Shown: piece by piece, positions 1 through 13,488 of the stretch
How the letters are laid out: every line of letters starts with the position of its first letter
How positions within the stretch are numbered: position 1 is the stretch's first letter
Origin: Bacillota bacterium
GTDB taxonomy: Bacteria; Bacillota; Dethiobacteria; DTU022
DNA: 64,000 bases
Direction of reading: 5' to 3'
NCBI GenBank assembly: GCA_019428945.1
Contig: JAHYJM010000003.1
Span: forward strand, 4,792-68,791
The notes under the pieces: model-generated
The model's input: only the letters and a program-made list of their open reading frames with translations
What the model was told of the DNA's origin: nothing
The model's database searches: none
Position numbers and translations under genes: made by a program

Positions 1-133
1 ATTCGATTAGTCTTCTTGAGTAATTTATATACCCTTAGGAGCAACAGATTTGACAGGGCTGTATTATGATTTCAGCCCGATTTTACTCGGTTTCTAAATC
101 ATAAACCAGGTATCAGGGGAGTGATTTTTTTTA

Positions 134-3100
134 ATGTCCAGTAGCGTTACAGCAGTAAGTAACAACCGTCGTTCATATGCCCGTATTACTGAAGTGTTAG
201 ATTTACCGAACCTGATTGAAGTTCAGAGCAGCTCATTTGAGTGGTTTTTAAGCCAGGGTTTGAAAGAAATATTTGAAGATTTTTCTCCCATCCAGGATTT
301 TACCGGCAATTTGGTTCTGGAATTTTTTGACTACACGCTCGGTGAACCGAAGTATTCGGTTGACGACTGCAAAGAGCGTGATGCCACCTATGCCGTTCCC
401 CTCAAGGTGAGGGTGCGGCTGATCAACCAGGAAACCGGAGAAGTCAAGGAGCAGGAAGTTTTTATGGGCGATTTTCCGATGATGACCGAAAACGGGACCT
501 TTATTATTAACGGTGCCGAAAGGGTTATCGTCAGTCAGTTGGTTCGCTCACCGGGAGTATATTTTAAAAAGCAACCCGACCCCACAGGGAGCACCGGTAA
601 AGAGCTTATCAGCGCTACTATTATTCCTAACCGCGGAACCTGGCTGGAATTTGAAACTGATGTTTCAGACGGTATCTTTGTCAGGGTTGACCGCACCAGG
701 AAGATTCCTGTCACAGTCCTGCTGAGGGCAATTGGCTTCGGTACCGATGAAAAGATTATCGAATTACTGGGTAAAGATCCACGCCTGTTAGAGATTCTTG
801 AAAAGGATCATACTGATTCAGAGGATTCTGCCCTCCTTGAAATTTACAAGCGCCTTCGCCCCGGAGAACCTTTAAATGTGGATAATGCCCGTTCGCTCTT
901 CGAATCGCTTTTCTTTGACGGAAAAAGGTATGATTTCGCCCATGTTGGAAGGTTTAAAGCCAACAAGAAACTTTCAATGTCAAACCGTTTGTTCGGCCAG
1001 GAATTGGCTGAGGATTTAGCCGATCCTGTCAGTGGAGATCTTCTTTATCCGGCAGGAACGGTAATTGATGAAGAAGCGGCCAGAATCATTGATGAACACG
1101 GCATCCAACGGGCCAGGATCACACATCGTGACGAAGTTCATCTTGTTATCGGTAACGGAACTGTTGAACTATCAACCCGGCACCTGGTTGTTACCGATAT
1201 TATTGCAACTGTAAATTATATTATAAACCTTTTTGACGGCATCGGTTTTGTGGATGATATCGATCACCTGGGAAACCGGCGCTTGCGCAGTGTTGGTGAA
1301 CTGCTGCAGAATCAGTTCCGGATCGGTTTATCTAGAATGGAAAGAGTCGTCCGGGAAAGGATGACTATTCAGGATGTGGAGGCGATTACCCCGCAGGCGT
1401 TGATCAATATCCGCCCGGTAATTGCTTCGATAAAAGAGTTTTTTGGCAGCAGCCAGCTGTCACAGTTTATGGATCAGACCAACCCGCTGGCCGAGCTTAC
1501 TCACAAGCGTCGTCTCAGCGCTCTCGGACCGGGGGGGTTAAGCCGTGAAAGGGCCGGTTTTGAAGTGCGTGATGTGCATCATTCTCACTACGGCCGGGTA
1601 TGTCCTATTGAAACCCCTGAAGGCCCGAACATCGGCTTGATTGGTTCGCTTGGCACCTATGCCCGCATAAACAAGTACGGTTTTATGGAAACTCCGTACC
1701 GGCGTGTAAATAAGAAAGAAGGACGGGTAACTTCTGAAATTGTTTACCTGACAGCCGATGATGAAGACCGTTTTGTTATTGCCCAGGCGAACGCTATTTT
1801 AAATGATGACGGACGATTTGCTGCAAACCGTGTTGCCTGTCGCTACTATTATGATACGGTCATGCGGAGCCCGAACGAAGTTGACTTTATGGACGTTTCT
1901 CCGAAGCAGCTGGTCAGTGTGGCTACCGCCCTGATTCCTTTTCTCGAAAACGATGATGCCAACCGTGCTCTCATGGGTGCGAACATGCAGCGCCAGGCTG
2001 TGCCCCTTCTGAAAACCGAAGCTCCCCTGGTAGGAACCGGGTTGGAGTACAAAGCTGCAGTTGATTCCGGCGCTGTGGCAATCTGTCTGAACGACGGAGA
2101 GGTTGTCAGGGTTACAAGCAATGAAATTATTGTTCGCCGTGATGAAGATGGAGAAGGTCAGAACTATATCATTAACGGGAGAACCCGGGAAAAATTTGAA
2201 ACAGATCGCAAACCCGGCCTCGACACTGGCCTGGATATTTATATGCTGCAGAAATTTAAACGCTCAAACCAGGGTACCTGTGTTAACCAGCACCCAATTG
2301 TCAGGCACGGCCAGAAAGTCAAAGCCGGTGAAGTTATTGCCGATGGCTCCTGCACAAGTAAAGGCGAGCTGGCTCTTGGGCGTAATGTTCTGGTGGCATT
2401 TCTCCCCTGGGAAGGTTACAACTACGAAGATGCAATCCTGATCAGCGAAAAACTTGTTAAGGATGATGTCTTTACATCTATACATATAGAAGAGTACGAG
2501 TCTGAAGCGCGTGATACCAAGCTTGGCCCTGAAGAGATTACCCGTGATATACCCAACGTTGGCGAAGAAGCGCTGAAAGATCTTGACGGTCGGGGTATTA
2601 TTCGTGTCGGAGCCGAAGTAAGGGCTGGCGACATCCTGGTAGGAAAAGTGACTCCAAAGGGTGAAACTGAGCTGACTGCTGAAGAAAGGCTCTTAAGGGC
2701 AATCTTTGGCGAGAAAGCCCGTGAAGTTCGCGACACTTCCCTGCGTATTCCGCACGGCGAGTCAGGTATTGTCGTTGATGTCAAGGTTTTTAACCGTGAA
2801 GACGGCGACGAACTCTCTCCGGGAGTTAATCAGCTGGTTCGGGTTTATGTTGCCCAGAAACGTAAAATATCCGAAGGGGATAAGATGGCCGGTCGCCATG
2901 GTAACAAGGGCGTCATTGCCCGTATTCTGCCAGAAGAAGACATGCCCTTCCTGCCTGACGGTTCATCACTTGACATAGTGCTGAACCCACTCGGAGTTCC
3001 TTCGAGGATGAATATTGGTCAGGTTCTGGAAGCTCACCTGGGCTGGTCGGCGAAAGTTCTCGGCATTGAGATTGCCTCACCGGTTTTTGATGGCGCATCA

Positions 3101-3982
3101 GAAGATGACGTGTTCGCCGCTTTCGCAGAAGCCGGACTTCCCGAAAACGGTAAAACCACACTCTATGACGGACGCACCGGTGAACCCTTTGATGAGAAGA
3201 TAACTGTGGGCTTTGTTTATATGTTAAAGCTGGCTCACCTGGTTGATGATAAAATTCATGCCCGGTCCACCGGACCATATTCACTGGTCACTCAGCAGCC
3301 GCTTGGCGGTAAAGCCCAGTTTGGCGGGCAGCGTTTCGGTGAGATGGAGGTTTGGGCGCTCGAAGCATATGGTGCCGCATACACATTGCAGGAAATCTTA
3401 ACTGTAAAGTCCGATGACGTGGTTGGGCGTGTCAAGACCTATGAAGCTATAGTCAAGGGTGAAAACATTCCCGAACCGGGTGTACCTGAATCTTTTAAGG
3501 TCCTGGTTAAAGAGCTGCAGAGCCTGTGCCTCGATGTTCGCGTATTGAGCGAAGAGTCAGGTGAGGTGGAAATTAAGGAAGGTGACGATGATTCCGATTA
3601 TCGCCGTCTGGATGTGAATATTGAAGGCATGGAATCGGATGAAGATGATCTTGATCGCTTTGTTTACCGAAAGGAACCTGCAGCGGAGCCTGTTGCTGCT
3701 GAAAGCGCAGGCAACCCCGCAGTAGAAATATTAGATGATCAAAATGAGGATCTTGACGCTGGTGTTGCAGAAAGTAAAGATGAAATTGTAATTCCGGCAG
3801 CTGTTAAGCCTGATGAAGTCGAAGAAGTATCCCTCGATCAGCTCGAAGAACTCGAGGAAGCTGACTATGAAGATGATGATGAAGGATTGAAACCGAAGCG
3901 AGCTTCGAAGAAACCAAGAATAGAAGAAGAGCCGGATGAAGAACCGGACGAGCTTGACGAAGACGAAGAAAACATCTACTAG
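134..3982 (+). CDS. rpoB: DNA-directed RNA polymerase beta subunit, with a very long acidic C-terminal tail
   Basis: 1282-aa ORF with RpoB hallmarks ([55 protein letters not shown]). ATG at 134 follows an in-frame stop and a GGGGAG Shine-Dalgarno sequence. Last ~170 aa are D/E-rich. Confidence 0.95.
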   Translation: MSSSVTAVSNNRRSYARITEVLDLPNLIEVQSSSFEWFLSQGLKEIFEDFSPIQDFTGNLVLEFFDYTLGEPKYSVDDCKERDATYAVPLKVRVRLINQETGEVKEQEVFMGDFPMMTENGTFIINGAERVIVSQLVRSPGVYFKKQPDPTGSTGKELISATIIPNRGTWLEFETDVSDGIFVRVDRTRKIPVTVLLRAIGFGTDEKIIELLGKDPRLLEILEKDHTDSEDSALLEIYKRLRPGEPLNVDNARSLFESLFFDGKRYDFAHVGRFKANKKLSMSNRLFGQELAEDLADPVSGDLLYPAGTVIDEEAARIIDEHGIQRARITHRDEVHLVIGNGTVELSTRHLVVTDIIATVNYIINLFDGIGFVDDIDHLGNRRLRSVGELLQNQFRIGLSRMERVVRERMTIQDVEAITPQALINIRPVIASIKEFFGSSQLSQFMDQTNPLAELTHKRRLSALGPGGLSRERAGFEVRDVHHSHYGRVCPIETPEGPNIGLIGSLGTYARINKYGFMETPYRRVNKKEGRVTSEIVYLTADDEDRFVIAQANAILNDDGRFAANRVACRYYYDTVMRSPNEVDFMDVSPKQLVSVATALIPFLENDDANRALMGANMQRQAVPLLKTEAPLVGTGLEYKAAVDSGAVAICLNDGEVVRVTSNEIIVRRDEDGEGQNYIINGRTREKFETDRKPGLDTGLDIYMLQKFKRSNQGTCVNQHPIVRHGQKVKAGEVIADGSCTSKGELALGRNVLVAFLPWEGYNYEDAILISEKLVKDDVFTSIHIEEYESEARDTKLGPEEITRDIPNVGEEALKDLDGRGIIRVGAEVRAGDILVGKVTPKGETELTAEERLLRAIFGEKAREVRDTSLRIPHGESGIVVDVKVFNREDGDELSPGVNQLVRVYVAQKRKISEGDKMAGRHGNKGVIARILPEEDMPFLPDGSSLDIVLNPLGVPSRMNIGQVLEAHLGWSAKVLGIEIASPVFDGASEDDVFAAFAEAGLPENGKTTLYDGRTGEPFDEKITVGFVYMLKLAHLVDDKIHARSTGPYSLVTQQPLGGKAQFGGQRFGEMEVWALEAYGAAYTLQEILTVKSDDVVGRVKTYEAIVKGENIPEPGVPESFKVLVKELQSLCLDVRVLSEESGEVEIKEGDDDSDYRRLDVNIEGMESDEDDLDRFVYRKEPAAEPVAAESAGNPAVEILDDQNEDLDAGVAESKDEIVIPAAVKPDEVEEVSLDQLEELEEADYEDDDEGLKPKRASKKPRIEEEPDEEPDELDEDEENIY

Positions 3983-4019
3983 TAGCTCAGGCTGATGCCT
4001 GGCGAAAGGAGAGATCTTT

Positions 4020-7000
4020 TTGTTGGATGTTAATAATTTTGATGCCTTAAAAATCGGTCTTGCTTCATCTGAACAGATTAGAGCCTGGTCACGAGGTGAA
4101 GTTAAAAAACCGGAAACTATTAATTACCGGACACTCAAGCCGGAACGTGAAGGGCTTTTCTGTGAAAAAATATTTGGTCCGCAGAAAGACTGGGAATGTC
4201 ACTGCGGAAAATACAAGCGGGTTCGGTATCGCGGAATCGTTTGCGACCGCTGTGGCGTTGAAGTAACAAGGGCAAAAGTCCGCCGCGAGCGGATGGGCCA
4301 TATCGAACTTGCCGCCCCTGTTTCCCATATATGGTATTTTAAGGGAATTCCCAGCCGCATGGGGCTGCTGCTTGACATGTCGCCGCGGGCGCTTGAAAAA
4401 GTGCTTTATTTTGCTGCCTACGTGGTAATTGATCCTGGTGATACATATTTGAGCAAGAAACAGCTTTTAACAGAAGTTGAATATCGCGAGTATTTTGAGA
4501 AATATCAGGCGCTGTTTAAGAGCAACAAAGGTTTCAAGGCTGAAATGGGGGCCGAAGCGATTAAAAAACTTTTAACCGGTCTCGATCTTGAAGAGATTGC
4601 CCTTGGATTGCGTGAAGAGTTGGCCACATCGAGCGGACAGAAAAAAGTAAGGGCAATCCGCCGCCTTGAAGTGGTTGAAGCCTTCAGACAGTCCGGTAAC
4701 GATCCTTCATGGATGATTTTAGATGCCATACCGGTAATTCCGCCTGACCTGCGGCCGATGGTTCAGCTCGATGGTGGTAGATTTGCCACCTCTGATCTTA
4801 ATGATCTCTACCGCAGGGTGATTAACCGCAATAATCGCCTAAAGCGGCTGCTCGATCTCGGAGCTCCCGATATTATTGTCCGAAATGAAAAGCGGATGCT
4901 GCAGGAAGCAGTAGATGCTTTAATTGATAACGGCCGGCGCGGGCGTCCTGTTACCGGACCCGGTAATCGTCCGCTGAAGTCTCTCAGTGATATGCTTAAA
5001 GGTAAACAGGGACGCTTCCGCCAGAACCTGCTGGGTAAGAGAGTTGACTACTCAGGCCGTTCTGTTATCGTAGTTGGCCCCGAACTGAAACTGTACCAGT
5101 GCGGGCTTCCGAAAGAGATGGCGCTTGAACTCTTCAAGCCCTTTGTGATGAAACGCCTGGTTAGTGATGGTCTGGCCCATAATATCAAGAGCGCCAAACG
5201 AATGGTTGAAAAGGTGCGTCCCGAAGTATGGGATGTTCTTGAAGAAGTAATCAAGGATCACCCTGTTCTGCTTAACAGAGCGCCTACACTGCACCGACTC
5301 GGTATCCAGGCTTTTGAGCCGGTACTGGTTGAAGGGCGCGCAATTCAGATCCATCCGTTGGTATGCTCGGCATATAATGCCGATTTTGACGGCGACCAGA
5401 TGGCTGTTCACGTACCGCTTTCTGCTGAAGCGCAGACAGAAGCTCGTTTACTTATGCTTTCAGCACACAACATTCTCAACCCGAAGGAAGGACGACCCGT
5501 AACCACCCCTACCCAGGATATGGTTCTTGGTTGTTATTACCTTACCCTGGAAAAAGATGGAACCAAGGGTGAAGGAAAAGTCTTCCCCGATACCGATGAA
5601 GCAGTCATGGCTTATGAACTCGGATATCTCGATCTTCATGCGCGTATTTTTATTCGCGCTGCCGGTTTCAAAGGCCGGGATTTTGCCCGTCGGAAAAAAT
5701 ATATTTTAACTACCGTCGGCAAAGTAATTTTTAACGAGGTATTCCCGAAGGATTTCCCCTACATGAACAATGCCGATTTTAACGATTCTTTACCTGAAAA
5801 TACTTTTGTACCGGTAAAAGGGTTTGATCCGGAAAAAGTACTTAAAGATCAGCCCCGTAACAAGGCGATTAAGAAAGATTTTCTTGCAGAACTTATCGCC
5901 CGCTGTTACCGCATGTATGGTAATACCCAGACAGCGGAAATTCTTGATCAGGTAAAAAAGCTCGGTTTTCACTATGCCACTCGTGCCGGTGTTACTGTAG
6001 CGGTCAGCGATATCGTTGTGCCTGATCAGAAGCAGGAAATTTTGAAAGATGCTGAAGATAAAGTTGATACAACGGAAACTCAGTTTGCTCATGGCCTGAT
6101 CACTGAAAATGAACGTTATGACCGGGTAATCGAGGTATGGGGTAAAGCTAAGGACCAGGTTACACAGGCATTGATGGGCTCGCTTGACGAACTCAACCCG
6201 ATTTACATGATGGCCCATTCAGGTGCACGTGGTAATGAATCACAGATAACCCAGCTTGCCGGAATGCGAGGCCTCATGGCCGACCCGGCGGGTAGAATTA
6301 TTGACGTTCCAATTAAGGCTAACTTCCGGGAAGGCCTTACCGTTTTGGAATACTTTATTTCAACTCACGGTGCCCGGAAAGGTCTTGCCGATACAGCGCT
6401 TAAAACCGCTGACTCGGGTTACCTGACCCGTCGCCTGGTTGATGTTGTCCAGGATGTTATCGTCAGGGAAGACGATTGTGGAACCGGCCAGTCAATCGGT
6501 CTCAGTGAGTTTCTTGAAAGTGATGAACCGCTTGAAGAAGCAGTTAACCGCCTGATTGGCCGTTACACCATGGAAGCGGTCTATCACCCTGAAACAGGCG
6601 AGGTTGTTATCCCGCCCGATACCCTGGTCACTGAAGAACTGGCCAGGCAGGTCTCGGATCTGAATATTACCGAGGTGCGGTTCCGTTCGGTTCTTACCTG
6701 TAAAACAAGACACGGTGTTTGTGTCAAGTGCTATGGGCGCGACCTGGCCAGCGGCAAGATTGTTAATGTCGGAGAAGCGGTTGGTATCATTGCCGCCCAG
6801 TCAATCGGTGAACCGGGAACGCAGCTGACAATGAGGACATTCCACACCGGCGGTGTGGCCGGTGACGACATTACACAGGGTTTGCCAAGAGTTGAGGAGC
6901 TTTTTGAAGCGCGTAAGCCTAAGGGACAGTCACTGATTGCTGAAATAGCCGGTGAAGTGGAACTGATGGAGACACGTTACAAGCGCGAAATCAGGCTGAC

Positions 7001-7724
7001 GGCAGAACATGGTGAAAGTCGTGTTTACCCTATACCTTACGGAGCCAGAATTAAGGTGGAAAACGGTAAGAACGTCAACGCCGGTGATGAACTTACCGAA
7101 GGTTCGATTAATCCACATGAACTGCTTAAAGTTAAAGGGGTACGCGGTGTTCAGCTCTACCTGCTTAAAGAGGTACAGTGGGTATACAAGATGCAGGGTG
7201 TGGACATCAACGATAAACATATTGAGATTATAGTAAGGCAGATGCTTAAGAAAGTTAAGGTGGAGGACCCTGGTGACACCGACCTCCTGCCAGGCGGCAT
7301 GCTTGACAGTTATGTATTTGAAGAGATTAACACTGCCGTTGTTGATGAAGGCGGGCAACCGGCTTTAGCCCGTCCACTGCTCCTTGGCATCACGAAGACA
7401 TCTCTTGCAACCGAATCATTTCTTTCGGCTGCTTCATTCCAGGAAACTACACGGGTCCTAACCGAAGCATCTATCAAGGGCCGTCAGGATCAGTTGTTAG
7501 GTTTGAAGGAAAATGTTATCATCGGCAAACTGATTCCGGCTGGAACGGGGATGGCCCGCTATCGTAACATTAATGTGCATCCCGTTGGTTTTGAGCCGGA
7601 AGCGGCAGAAGAAAGTGAAGTTGAGGCCGATCCCGGGTTTGATACTGAAGAGACTGCTATTACAGTGCAGGCTGATGAAGGTCCAGAAGTGACTGGAGAA
7701 GACTCAGAAGTATTCGAGGATTAA
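4020..7724 (+). CDS. rpoC: DNA-directed RNA polymerase beta' subunit
   Basis: 1234 aa. Zinc-binding [23 protein letters not shown] and catalytic [12 protein letters not shown] motifs. TTG start 8 nt after AAGGAGAG. Acidic C-terminus. Confidence 0.95.
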   Translation: MLDVNNFDALKIGLASSEQIRAWSRGEVKKPETINYRTLKPEREGLFCEKIFGPQKDWECHCGKYKRVRYRGIVCDRCGVEVTRAKVRRERMGHIELAAPVSHIWYFKGIPSRMGLLLDMSPRALEKVLYFAAYVVIDPGDTYLSKKQLLTEVEYREYFEKYQALFKSNKGFKAEMGAEAIKKLLTGLDLEEIALGLREELATSSGQKKVRAIRRLEVVEAFRQSGNDPSWMILDAIPVIPPDLRPMVQLDGGRFATSDLNDLYRRVINRNNRLKRLLDLGAPDIIVRNEKRMLQEAVDALIDNGRRGRPVTGPGNRPLKSLSDMLKGKQGRFRQNLLGKRVDYSGRSVIVVGPELKLYQCGLPKEMALELFKPFVMKRLVSDGLAHNIKSAKRMVEKVRPEVWDVLEEVIKDHPVLLNRAPTLHRLGIQAFEPVLVEGRAIQIHPLVCSAYNADFDGDQMAVHVPLSAEAQTEARLLMLSAHNILNPKEGRPVTTPTQDMVLGCYYLTLEKDGTKGEGKVFPDTDEAVMAYELGYLDLHARIFIRAAGFKGRDFARRKKYILTTVGKVIFNEVFPKDFPYMNNADFNDSLPENTFVPVKGFDPEKVLKDQPRNKAIKKDFLAELIARCYRMYGNTQTAEILDQVKKLGFHYATRAGVTVAVSDIVVPDQKQEILKDAEDKVDTTETQFAHGLITENERYDRVIEVWGKAKDQVTQALMGSLDELNPIYMMAHSGARGNESQITQLAGMRGLMADPAGRIIDVPIKANFREGLTVLEYFISTHGARKGLADTALKTADSGYLTRRLVDVVQDVIVREDDCGTGQSIGLSEFLESDEPLEEAVNRLIGRYTMEAVYHPETGEVVIPPDTLVTEELARQVSDLNITEVRFRSVLTCKTRHGVCVKCYGRDLASGKIVNVGEAVGIIAAQSIGEPGTQLTMRTFHTGGVAGDDITQGLPRVEELFEARKPKGQSLIAEIAGEVELMETRYKREIRLTAEHGESRVYPIPYGARIKVENGKNVNAGDELTEGSINPHELLKVKGVRGVQLYLLKEVQWVYKMQGVDINDKHIEIIVRQMLKKVKVEDPGDTDLLPGGMLDSYVFEEINTAVVDEGGQPALARPLLLGITKTSLATESFLSAASFQETTRVLTEASIKGRQDQLLGLKENVIIGKLIPAGTGMARYRNINVHPVGFEPEAAEESEVEADPGFDTEETAITVQADEGPEVTGEDSEVFED

Positions 7725-7735
7725 AGTTAAGTTTT

Positions 7736-7764
7736 CATTGACAAGCCTATGCTGCGGTGATAAA
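7736..7764 (+). promoter_or_regulatory. sigma-A type promoter for the str operon (TTGACA, 17-nt spacer, TAAAAT)
   Basis: TTGACA at 7736-7741, 17-nt spacer, TAAAAT at 7759-7764, located between rpoC and the L7Ae-like gene. Confidence 0.45.
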
Positions 7765-7830
7765 ATCTTAAAGTGCGTCTGATAGGCGTGCCTGGGATAG
7801 GTATGGAAATAAGGAGAGTGTGCCCTTCCG

Positions 7831-8076
7831 GTGGAAGAATTAATAAAAAAGGCCGAACGTAAAGTAGTCGGCACAAAACAGACGCTTAAAGCCCTGGAAA
7901 AAGGTGAAGTCAGCATGGTAATTATAGCCAGGGATGCAGAAGATAAAGTGATTCGTCCCGTACTCTTACTGTGCGAAGCAAATAAGATCGAACTGCACTA
8001 TGTTGACTCGATGGTTCAGCTCGGCAGGATGTGCGGTATTAAAGTAAAAGCAGCTGTTGCTGCTATAACTGAATAA
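7831..8076 (+). CDS. ribosomal protein L7Ae-family protein (YbxF/RplGB-like)
   Basis: 81 aa. GTG start after AAGGAGAG. Lies between rpoC and rpsL, the usual place in Firmicutes. L7Ae-like KALEKGEV...VIIARDAED motif. Confidence 0.8.
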   Translation: MEELIKKAERKVVGTKQTLKALEKGEVSMVIIARDAEDKVIRPVLLLCEANKIELHYVDSMVQLGRMCGIKVKAAVAAITE

Positions 8077-8091
8077 GAAGGAGGTGGACTG

Positions 8092-8469
8092 ATGCCGACA
8101 ATTAACCAATTAGTTCGTAAGGGCCGTAAGCAAATGACCAAGAAATCGTCTGCTCCGGCGCTTGAAAGTTCCCCGCAGAAAAGGGGCGTTTGCACCCGTG
8201 TTTCGACGACTACACCAAAGAAACCGAACTCGGCCTTACGTAAAATTGCCAGAGTCCGCCTGACAAATGGGGTTGAAGTAACCGCCTACATTCCAGGGAT
8301 CGGGCATAACCTGCAGGAACACTCCGTGGTTCTGGTCAGGGGAGGAAGAGTAAAAGATTTACCTGGTGTGCGCTATCACCTGGTAAGGGGAGCTCTCGAT
8401 GCGGCCGGAGTTGAAAACAGGGCTCAGGGACGCTCGAAATACGGCACAAAGCGGCCGAAAGCGCAGTAA
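8092..8469 (+). CDS. rpsL: 30S ribosomal protein S12
   Basis: [12 protein letters not shown]...[10 protein letters not shown] signature; 125 aa. Confidence 0.95.
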   Translation: MPTINQLVRKGRKQMTKKSSAPALESSPQKRGVCTRVSTTTPKKPNSALRKIARVRLTNGVEVTAYIPGIGHNLQEHSVVLVRGGRVKDLPGVRYHLVRGALDAAGVENRAQGRSKYGTKRPKAQ

Positions 8470-8488
8470 ATAAGTAAGGAGTGGATGA

Positions 8489-8965
<477 letters not shown>

Positions 8966-9079
8966 CAAAGGTTTTGTTACCCGGACAGCATTATTATGGA
9001 CAGATTCGTCAGGGTTTTGAGTTTATCCGGGATTCCGGTTCTCTGACTTCTGACTTCCGCCCTTGGAAGGAGGGATGAA

Positions 9080-11155
9080 ATGAGCAAGGAAGCACAATTA
9101 AGCCAGATTAGAAATATTGGTATTGCCGCTCACATAGATGCAGGCAAGACTACAACCACAGAGAGAATTCTTTTTTATACCGGACGCCTGCACCGTTTAG
9201 GCGAAGTGCATGAAGGAACAGCTACGATGGACTGGATGGCCCAGGAGCAGGAACGCGGTATTACTATTACTTCTGCTGCAACATCCTGCCGCTGGCGCGA
9301 TTGCTTAATTAATATTATCGATACGCCCGGACACGTGGACTTTACAGTTGAAGTCGAGCGTTCGTTACGTGTTCTTGACGGAATGGTTGCGATTTTTTGT
9401 GCCAAAGGCGGAGTTGAACCGCAGTCAGAAACAGTCTGGCGTCAGGCTGATCGTTACCATGTTCCGCGTCTGGCCTACATAAATAAAATGGATGCAGTTG
9501 GTGCAGATTTTTTTAATGTTTTAGGGCAACTGCAGGACAGGCTTCATGCTCATGCCCTCCCGATTCAGTTGCCGGTTGGTTCCGAGAGTGAATTTGCCGG
9601 AGTTATTGATCTTATATCTGAGCGTACAATTATATACGAAGATGATCTTGGAACCCGCAGCAATGAAAGTGATATTCCTGAAGATATGCTAGAGCTGGTA
9701 GCTGAATACCGGGAAAAAATTCTCGAGGCTGTTGCTGATGTCGATGACACCCTGATGGAAAAATATTTCAGCGGTGAAGAAATAAGCTCTGATGATATTT
9801 ACAGGGCATTACGTAAAGCAGTTATTCAAAACAACCTTGTTCCTGTTTTATGCGGTTCATCATACAAAAACAAGGGTGTGCAGCCACTTTTGGATGCGGT
9901 TGTTAATTTGATGCCTTCACCGGTTGATGTTGGAGCAGTAAAAGGTTTCAATCCCAACAACGGCGAGGAAGATTTCCGACTGCCTGCAAACGATGCACCT
10001 TTTGCCGCACTGGTTTTTAAGATAATGGTAGATCCCTTTGTCGGAAAATTAGCTTTTGCCCGGGTTTATTCCGGAACGCTGGAAAAAGGTTCAGTCGTAT
10101 ACAACGCTGCCCGTCAGAAGCGCCAGCGCATCGGACGCCTGATTAGAATGCACGCCAATTTCCGGGAGGAGATTGATCGCGCTACAACGGGTGATATTAT
10201 TGCTATTATCGGTCCGAAAGAGATCAGCACTGGTGATACTTTATGCGACCTTACCAAGCAGATAGTGCTTGAAAACATACAGTTTCCCGAGCCGGTTATT
10301 TCTGTGGCGATTGAGCCTAAAACCAAGGCTGACCAGGATAAAATGACTGTTTCTATGCAGCATCTTTCCGAAGAGGATCCGACTTTCCAGATTTACACTG
10401 ACAAAGAAACGGGGCAGACCATTATTTCCGGGATGGGCGAGCTTCACCTGGAAATCATAGTCGACCGCTTGCTGCGCGAATTCAAAGTGCAGGCTAATGT
10501 GGGTAACCCCCAGGTGGCTTACAAAGAAACTGTTCTCGGTGAAACAGCTGCCGAAGGTAAATTTGTGCGTCAGTCAGGTGGGCGCGGTCAGTATGGTCAC
10601 GTTGTAATTGAACTTTCACCACTTGAATCAGGTGGAGGGTTTGTTTTTGAAAATAAAATTGTCGGAGGAGCCATACCCAAGGAATTTATCCCTTCAGTTG
10701 AAGCCGGGCTGAAAGAGTCGGCACTTAACGGGGTTCTCTCGGGTTATCCCGTGGTAGATATTAAAGTAGTATTGAAGGATGGTTCTTTCCACGAAGTCGA
10801 TTCATCGGAACTCGCATTCCGCATTGCCGCTTCCAAAGCACTTAAAACTGCGCTTTCCAAAGCAAAACCGGTGCTGTTGGAACCGGTGATGAAAGTTGAA
10901 GTTACTGCTCCCGAGGAGTATGTCGGCGATATCATCGGAGATTTTACCAGCCGTCGCGGACGGATCCTTGGCACTGAATTAAAAAGTGGACAGCAGATAG
11001 TCCGAGGTGTTGTGCCTTTATCCGAAATATTCGGATACGCTACCGAGCTGCGTTCGCATACTCAGGGCCGTGGTGTATATAATATGGAGTTTTATCGATA
11101 TGAAGAGGTACCACAGAGCATTGCTCAAAAAATAATCACTCAAAGCGGTGCTTAA
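9080..11155 (+). CDS. fusA: elongation factor G
   Basis: 691 aa. GTP-binding [23 protein letters not shown] and NKMD motifs. RBS GGAAGGAGGG. Confidence 0.95.
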   Translation: MSKEAQLSQIRNIGIAAHIDAGKTTTTERILFYTGRLHRLGEVHEGTATMDWMAQEQERGITITSAATSCRWRDCLINIIDTPGHVDFTVEVERSLRVLDGMVAIFCAKGGVEPQSETVWRQADRYHVPRLAYINKMDAVGADFFNVLGQLQDRLHAHALPIQLPVGSESEFAGVIDLISERTIIYEDDLGTRSNESDIPEDMLELVAEYREKILEAVADVDDTLMEKYFSGEEISSDDIYRALRKAVIQNNLVPVLCGSSYKNKGVQPLLDAVVNLMPSPVDVGAVKGFNPNNGEEDFRLPANDAPFAALVFKIMVDPFVGKLAFARVYSGTLEKGSVVYNAARQKRQRIGRLIRMHANFREEIDRATTGDIIAIIGPKEISTGDTLCDLTKQIVLENIQFPEPVISVAIEPKTKADQDKMTVSMQHLSEEDPTFQIYTDKETGQTIISGMGELHLEIIVDRLLREFKVQANVGNPQVAYKETVLGETAAEGKFVRQSGGRGQYGHVVIELSPLESGGGFVFENKIVGGAIPKEFIPSVEAGLKESALNGVLSGYPVVDIKVVLKDGSFHEVDSSELAFRIAASKALKTALSKAKPVLLEPVMKVEVTAPEEYVGDIIGDFTSRRGRILGTELKSGQQIVRGVVPLSEIFGYATELRSHTQGRGVYNMEFYRYEEVPQSIAQKIITQSGA

Positions 11156-11177
11156 TAATAGTTGGAGGTGCATTTAA

Positions 11178-12380
11178 TTGGCTAAGCAGAAGTTTGAGCG
11201 GACGAAACCGCACGTTAACGTAGGAACGATTGGTCACGTGGACCACGGCAAGACCACGTTGACAGCGGCGATGACCCATTGTTTATCGAGTGCCGGTCTG
11301 GCGAAGAACACATCCTTTGATGAGATTGATAAGGCGCCGGAAGAGAAAGAAAGAGGCATAACCATTGCGACAGCGCACGTTGAATACGAGAGTGAGAACA
11401 GGCACTACGCGCACGTAGATTGCCCCGGTCACGCTGACTATGTAAAGAACATGATCACCGGAGCGGCGCAGATGGACGGAGCGATCCTGGTAGTATCGGC
11501 GGCAGACGGGCCGATGCCCCAGACCCGTGAACACATCCTGCTTTCCCGCCAGGTAGGCGTTCCTTACATAATCGTCTTTTTAAACAAAGCCGACATGGTG
11601 GACGACCCTGAGTTGTTGGAACTGGTAGAGATGGAAGTAAGAGACCTGTTAAGCGAATATGAATTTCCCGGAGACGACACCCCTGTAATCGTTGGTTCAG
11701 CCCTGAAAGCGGGCGAATGCGGCTGCGGAGGCAAAGACTGCCCTGAGTGCAAAGCGATCTGGGATCTAATCGAAGCGCTTGACACCTATATACCGATGCC
11801 GGAGAGAGAAAAAGACAAGCCCTTCTCGATGCCGATTGAAGACGTATTTTCGATTACCGGCCGCGGCACCGTGGTTACCGGCAGAGTTGAAAGAGGCCAG
11901 ATTAAAGTGGGCGATGAAGTAGAGATCGTCGGCTTTGAAGAAAAGCCCCGCAAGACCGTAGCCACCGGCGTTGAAATGTTCCGTAAGCTGATGGATTACG
12001 CCGAAGCGGGCGATAACATTGGCGTATTGCTGCGTGGAGTTGACCGAGAATCAGTAGAGCGCGGCCAGGTATTGGCCAAGCCGGGCACGATCAAGCCGCA
12101 CACAAACTTCAAAGCAGAAGTCTACGTTCTGAAGAAAGAAGAAGGCGGTCGCCACACCCCGTTTTTCCAGGGATACCGCCCGCAGTTTTACTTCAGGACA
12201 ACCGACGTTACCGGCAACATTACCCTTCCGGAAGACATGGAAATGGTTATGCCCGGCGACAACGTCAATATGGATATAGAACTGATCACTCCGATTGCTA
12301 TTGAAGAAGGTGTCCGCTTCGCTATCCGCGAAGGCGGCCGCACCGTCGGCGCCGGCGTGGTTACTGCTGTAAGCGAATAA
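11178..12380 (+). CDS. tuf: elongation factor Tu
   Basis: 400 aa. [21 protein letters not shown] and NKAD motifs. TTG start after GGAGGTG. Confidence 0.95.
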   Translation: MAKQKFERTKPHVNVGTIGHVDHGKTTLTAAMTHCLSSAGLAKNTSFDEIDKAPEEKERGITIATAHVEYESENRHYAHVDCPGHADYVKNMITGAAQMDGAILVVSAADGPMPQTREHILLSRQVGVPYIIVFLNKADMVDDPELLELVEMEVRDLLSEYEFPGDDTPVIVGSALKAGECGCGGKDCPECKAIWDLIEALDTYIPMPEREKDKPFSMPIEDVFSITGRGTVVTGRVERGQIKVGDEVEIVGFEEKPRKTVATGVEMFRKLMDYAEAGDNIGVLLRGVDRESVERGQVLAKPGTIKPHTNFKAEVYVLKKEEGGRHTPFFQGYRPQFYFRTTDVTGNITLPEDMEMVMPGDNVNMDIELITPIAIEEGVRFAIREGGRTVGAGVVTAVSE

Positions 12381-12408
12381 GTAATATAAGTAGCGATGAA
12401 GTAAAAGG

Positions 12409-12438
12409 TTGCCGGCAAAGCAGCCGGGGAATTTTTAT
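12409..12438 (+). terminator. putative rho-independent terminator or attenuator after tuf
   Basis: GC stem TGCCGGC-aaagca-GCCGGGG followed by AATTTTTAT. Sits between tuf and rpsJ. Confidence 0.4.
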
Positions 12439-12480
12439 GGAGCAGCTCTGATTTAATCAGGCGATAAGGAGGATTTGTTC

Positions 12481-12789
12481 ATGGCTAATCAAAAAATCAG
12501 GATCAGATTGAGAGCTTTTGATCACCATTTGCTGGATCAGTCTGCCGGAAAAATTGTTGAGACGGCGCGCCGTACCGGTGCAGATGTTTCCGGGCCGGTT
12601 CCATTACCGACAGAAAGAAGCCTTTACACAGTTATACGTGCGCCGCATAAATATAAAGACTCTCGGGAGCAATTCGAAATGCGCACTCATAAGCGTCTGA
12701 TTGATATCTTAGAACCAACACCAAAAACAATCGACGCTTTGATGAGGCTTGATTTGCCTGCCGGTGTTGACATTGAGATTAAGCTCTAG
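12481..12789 (+). CDS. rpsJ: 30S ribosomal protein S10
   Basis: [15 protein letters not shown]... The ORF track extends to a TTG at 12475, but the ATG at 12481 lies 9 nt after AAGGAGG. Confidence 0.9.
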   Translation: MANQKIRIRLRAFDHHLLDQSAGKIVETARRTGADVSGPVPLPTERSLYTVIRAPHKYKDSREQFEMRTHKRLIDILEPTPKTIDALMRLDLPAGVDIEIKL

Positions 12790-12825
12790 CTGAAAGGCTG
12801 AAAGACGGGAGGTGCTTTAAATATA

Positions 12826-13455
12826 ATGACTAAAGCAATATTAGCGCGTAAAGTCGGAATGACCCAGATCTACGATGAGCAGGGCCGCGTTGTACCTGTA
12901 ACGGTGCTTGAAGCAGGACCTTGCCGTGTAGTTCAGGTTAAGAGTACAGATACAGATGGCTACAACAGTATTCAGCTCGGGTTCGTCGAGAAGAAAGAAC
13001 AGCGTGTGAATCGCCCTATGAAAGGACACTTTCAAAAGGCCAAGGTAAAACCGCTTCGCTTCATTCGCGAATTCAAGGTGGAGGATACCGGCCAGTATAA
13101 GGCTGGCCAGGAAATTAAAGCTGACAGCTTTTCAGCCGGTGACTATGTTGATGTCAGTGCGGTCGCCAGGGGGAAAGGTTTCGCCGGTTCAATTAAAAAA
13201 ATGGGATTCAGCAGGGGCCCGAAAACTCACGGTTCGCATTACCACCGCGGTCCGGGTTCTCTGGGGTCTGTAGCTCCGGCCCGAGTCTTTAAAGGCCGAA
13301 GATTGCCGGGACGTATGGGCGGTTGGCGGCGCACTATTCAGCGTCTGCTGGTTGTCGATTCCGATGCCGGTAAAAACCTGCTTCTTGTTAAGGGTTCAGT
13401 ACCCGGCCCGAGAGGCGGCCTGATAGAAATTAAAGAGTCGGTAAAAAGCCGGTAA
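12826..13455 (+). CDS. rplC: 50S ribosomal protein L3
   Basis: 209 aa; MTKAILARKVGMTQIYDEQG...; follows rpsJ, the standard S10 operon order. Confidence 0.93.
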   Translation: MTKAILARKVGMTQIYDEQGRVVPVTVLEAGPCRVVQVKSTDTDGYNSIQLGFVEKKEQRVNRPMKGHFQKAKVKPLRFIREFKVEDTGQYKAGQEIKADSFSAGDYVDVSAVARGKGFAGSIKKMGFSRGPKTHGSHYHRGPGSLGSVAPARVFKGRRLPGRMGGWRRTIQRLLVVDSDAGKNLLLVKGSVPGPRGGLIEIKESVKSR

Positions 13456-13488
13456 ACGGATAACCCAAAGAAAGGAGATGCCCTGAAT

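Noticed and set aside
1849-3284. Multiple 60-120-aa ORFs on both strands inside rpoB (e.g. 1849..2121 -, 2422..2784 -, 2913..3284 -)
   Set aside because: Fully embedded in the strongly supported rpoB frame, low-complexity translations, no start signals. Similar shadow ORFs inside rpoC, fusA, tuf, secY and the Moco genes were discarded for the same reason.
12475-12480. ORF-track start of rpsJ at TTG 12475 (MFMANQ...)
   Set aside because: The ATG at 12481 has ideal RBS spacing and gives the canonical S10 N-terminus.
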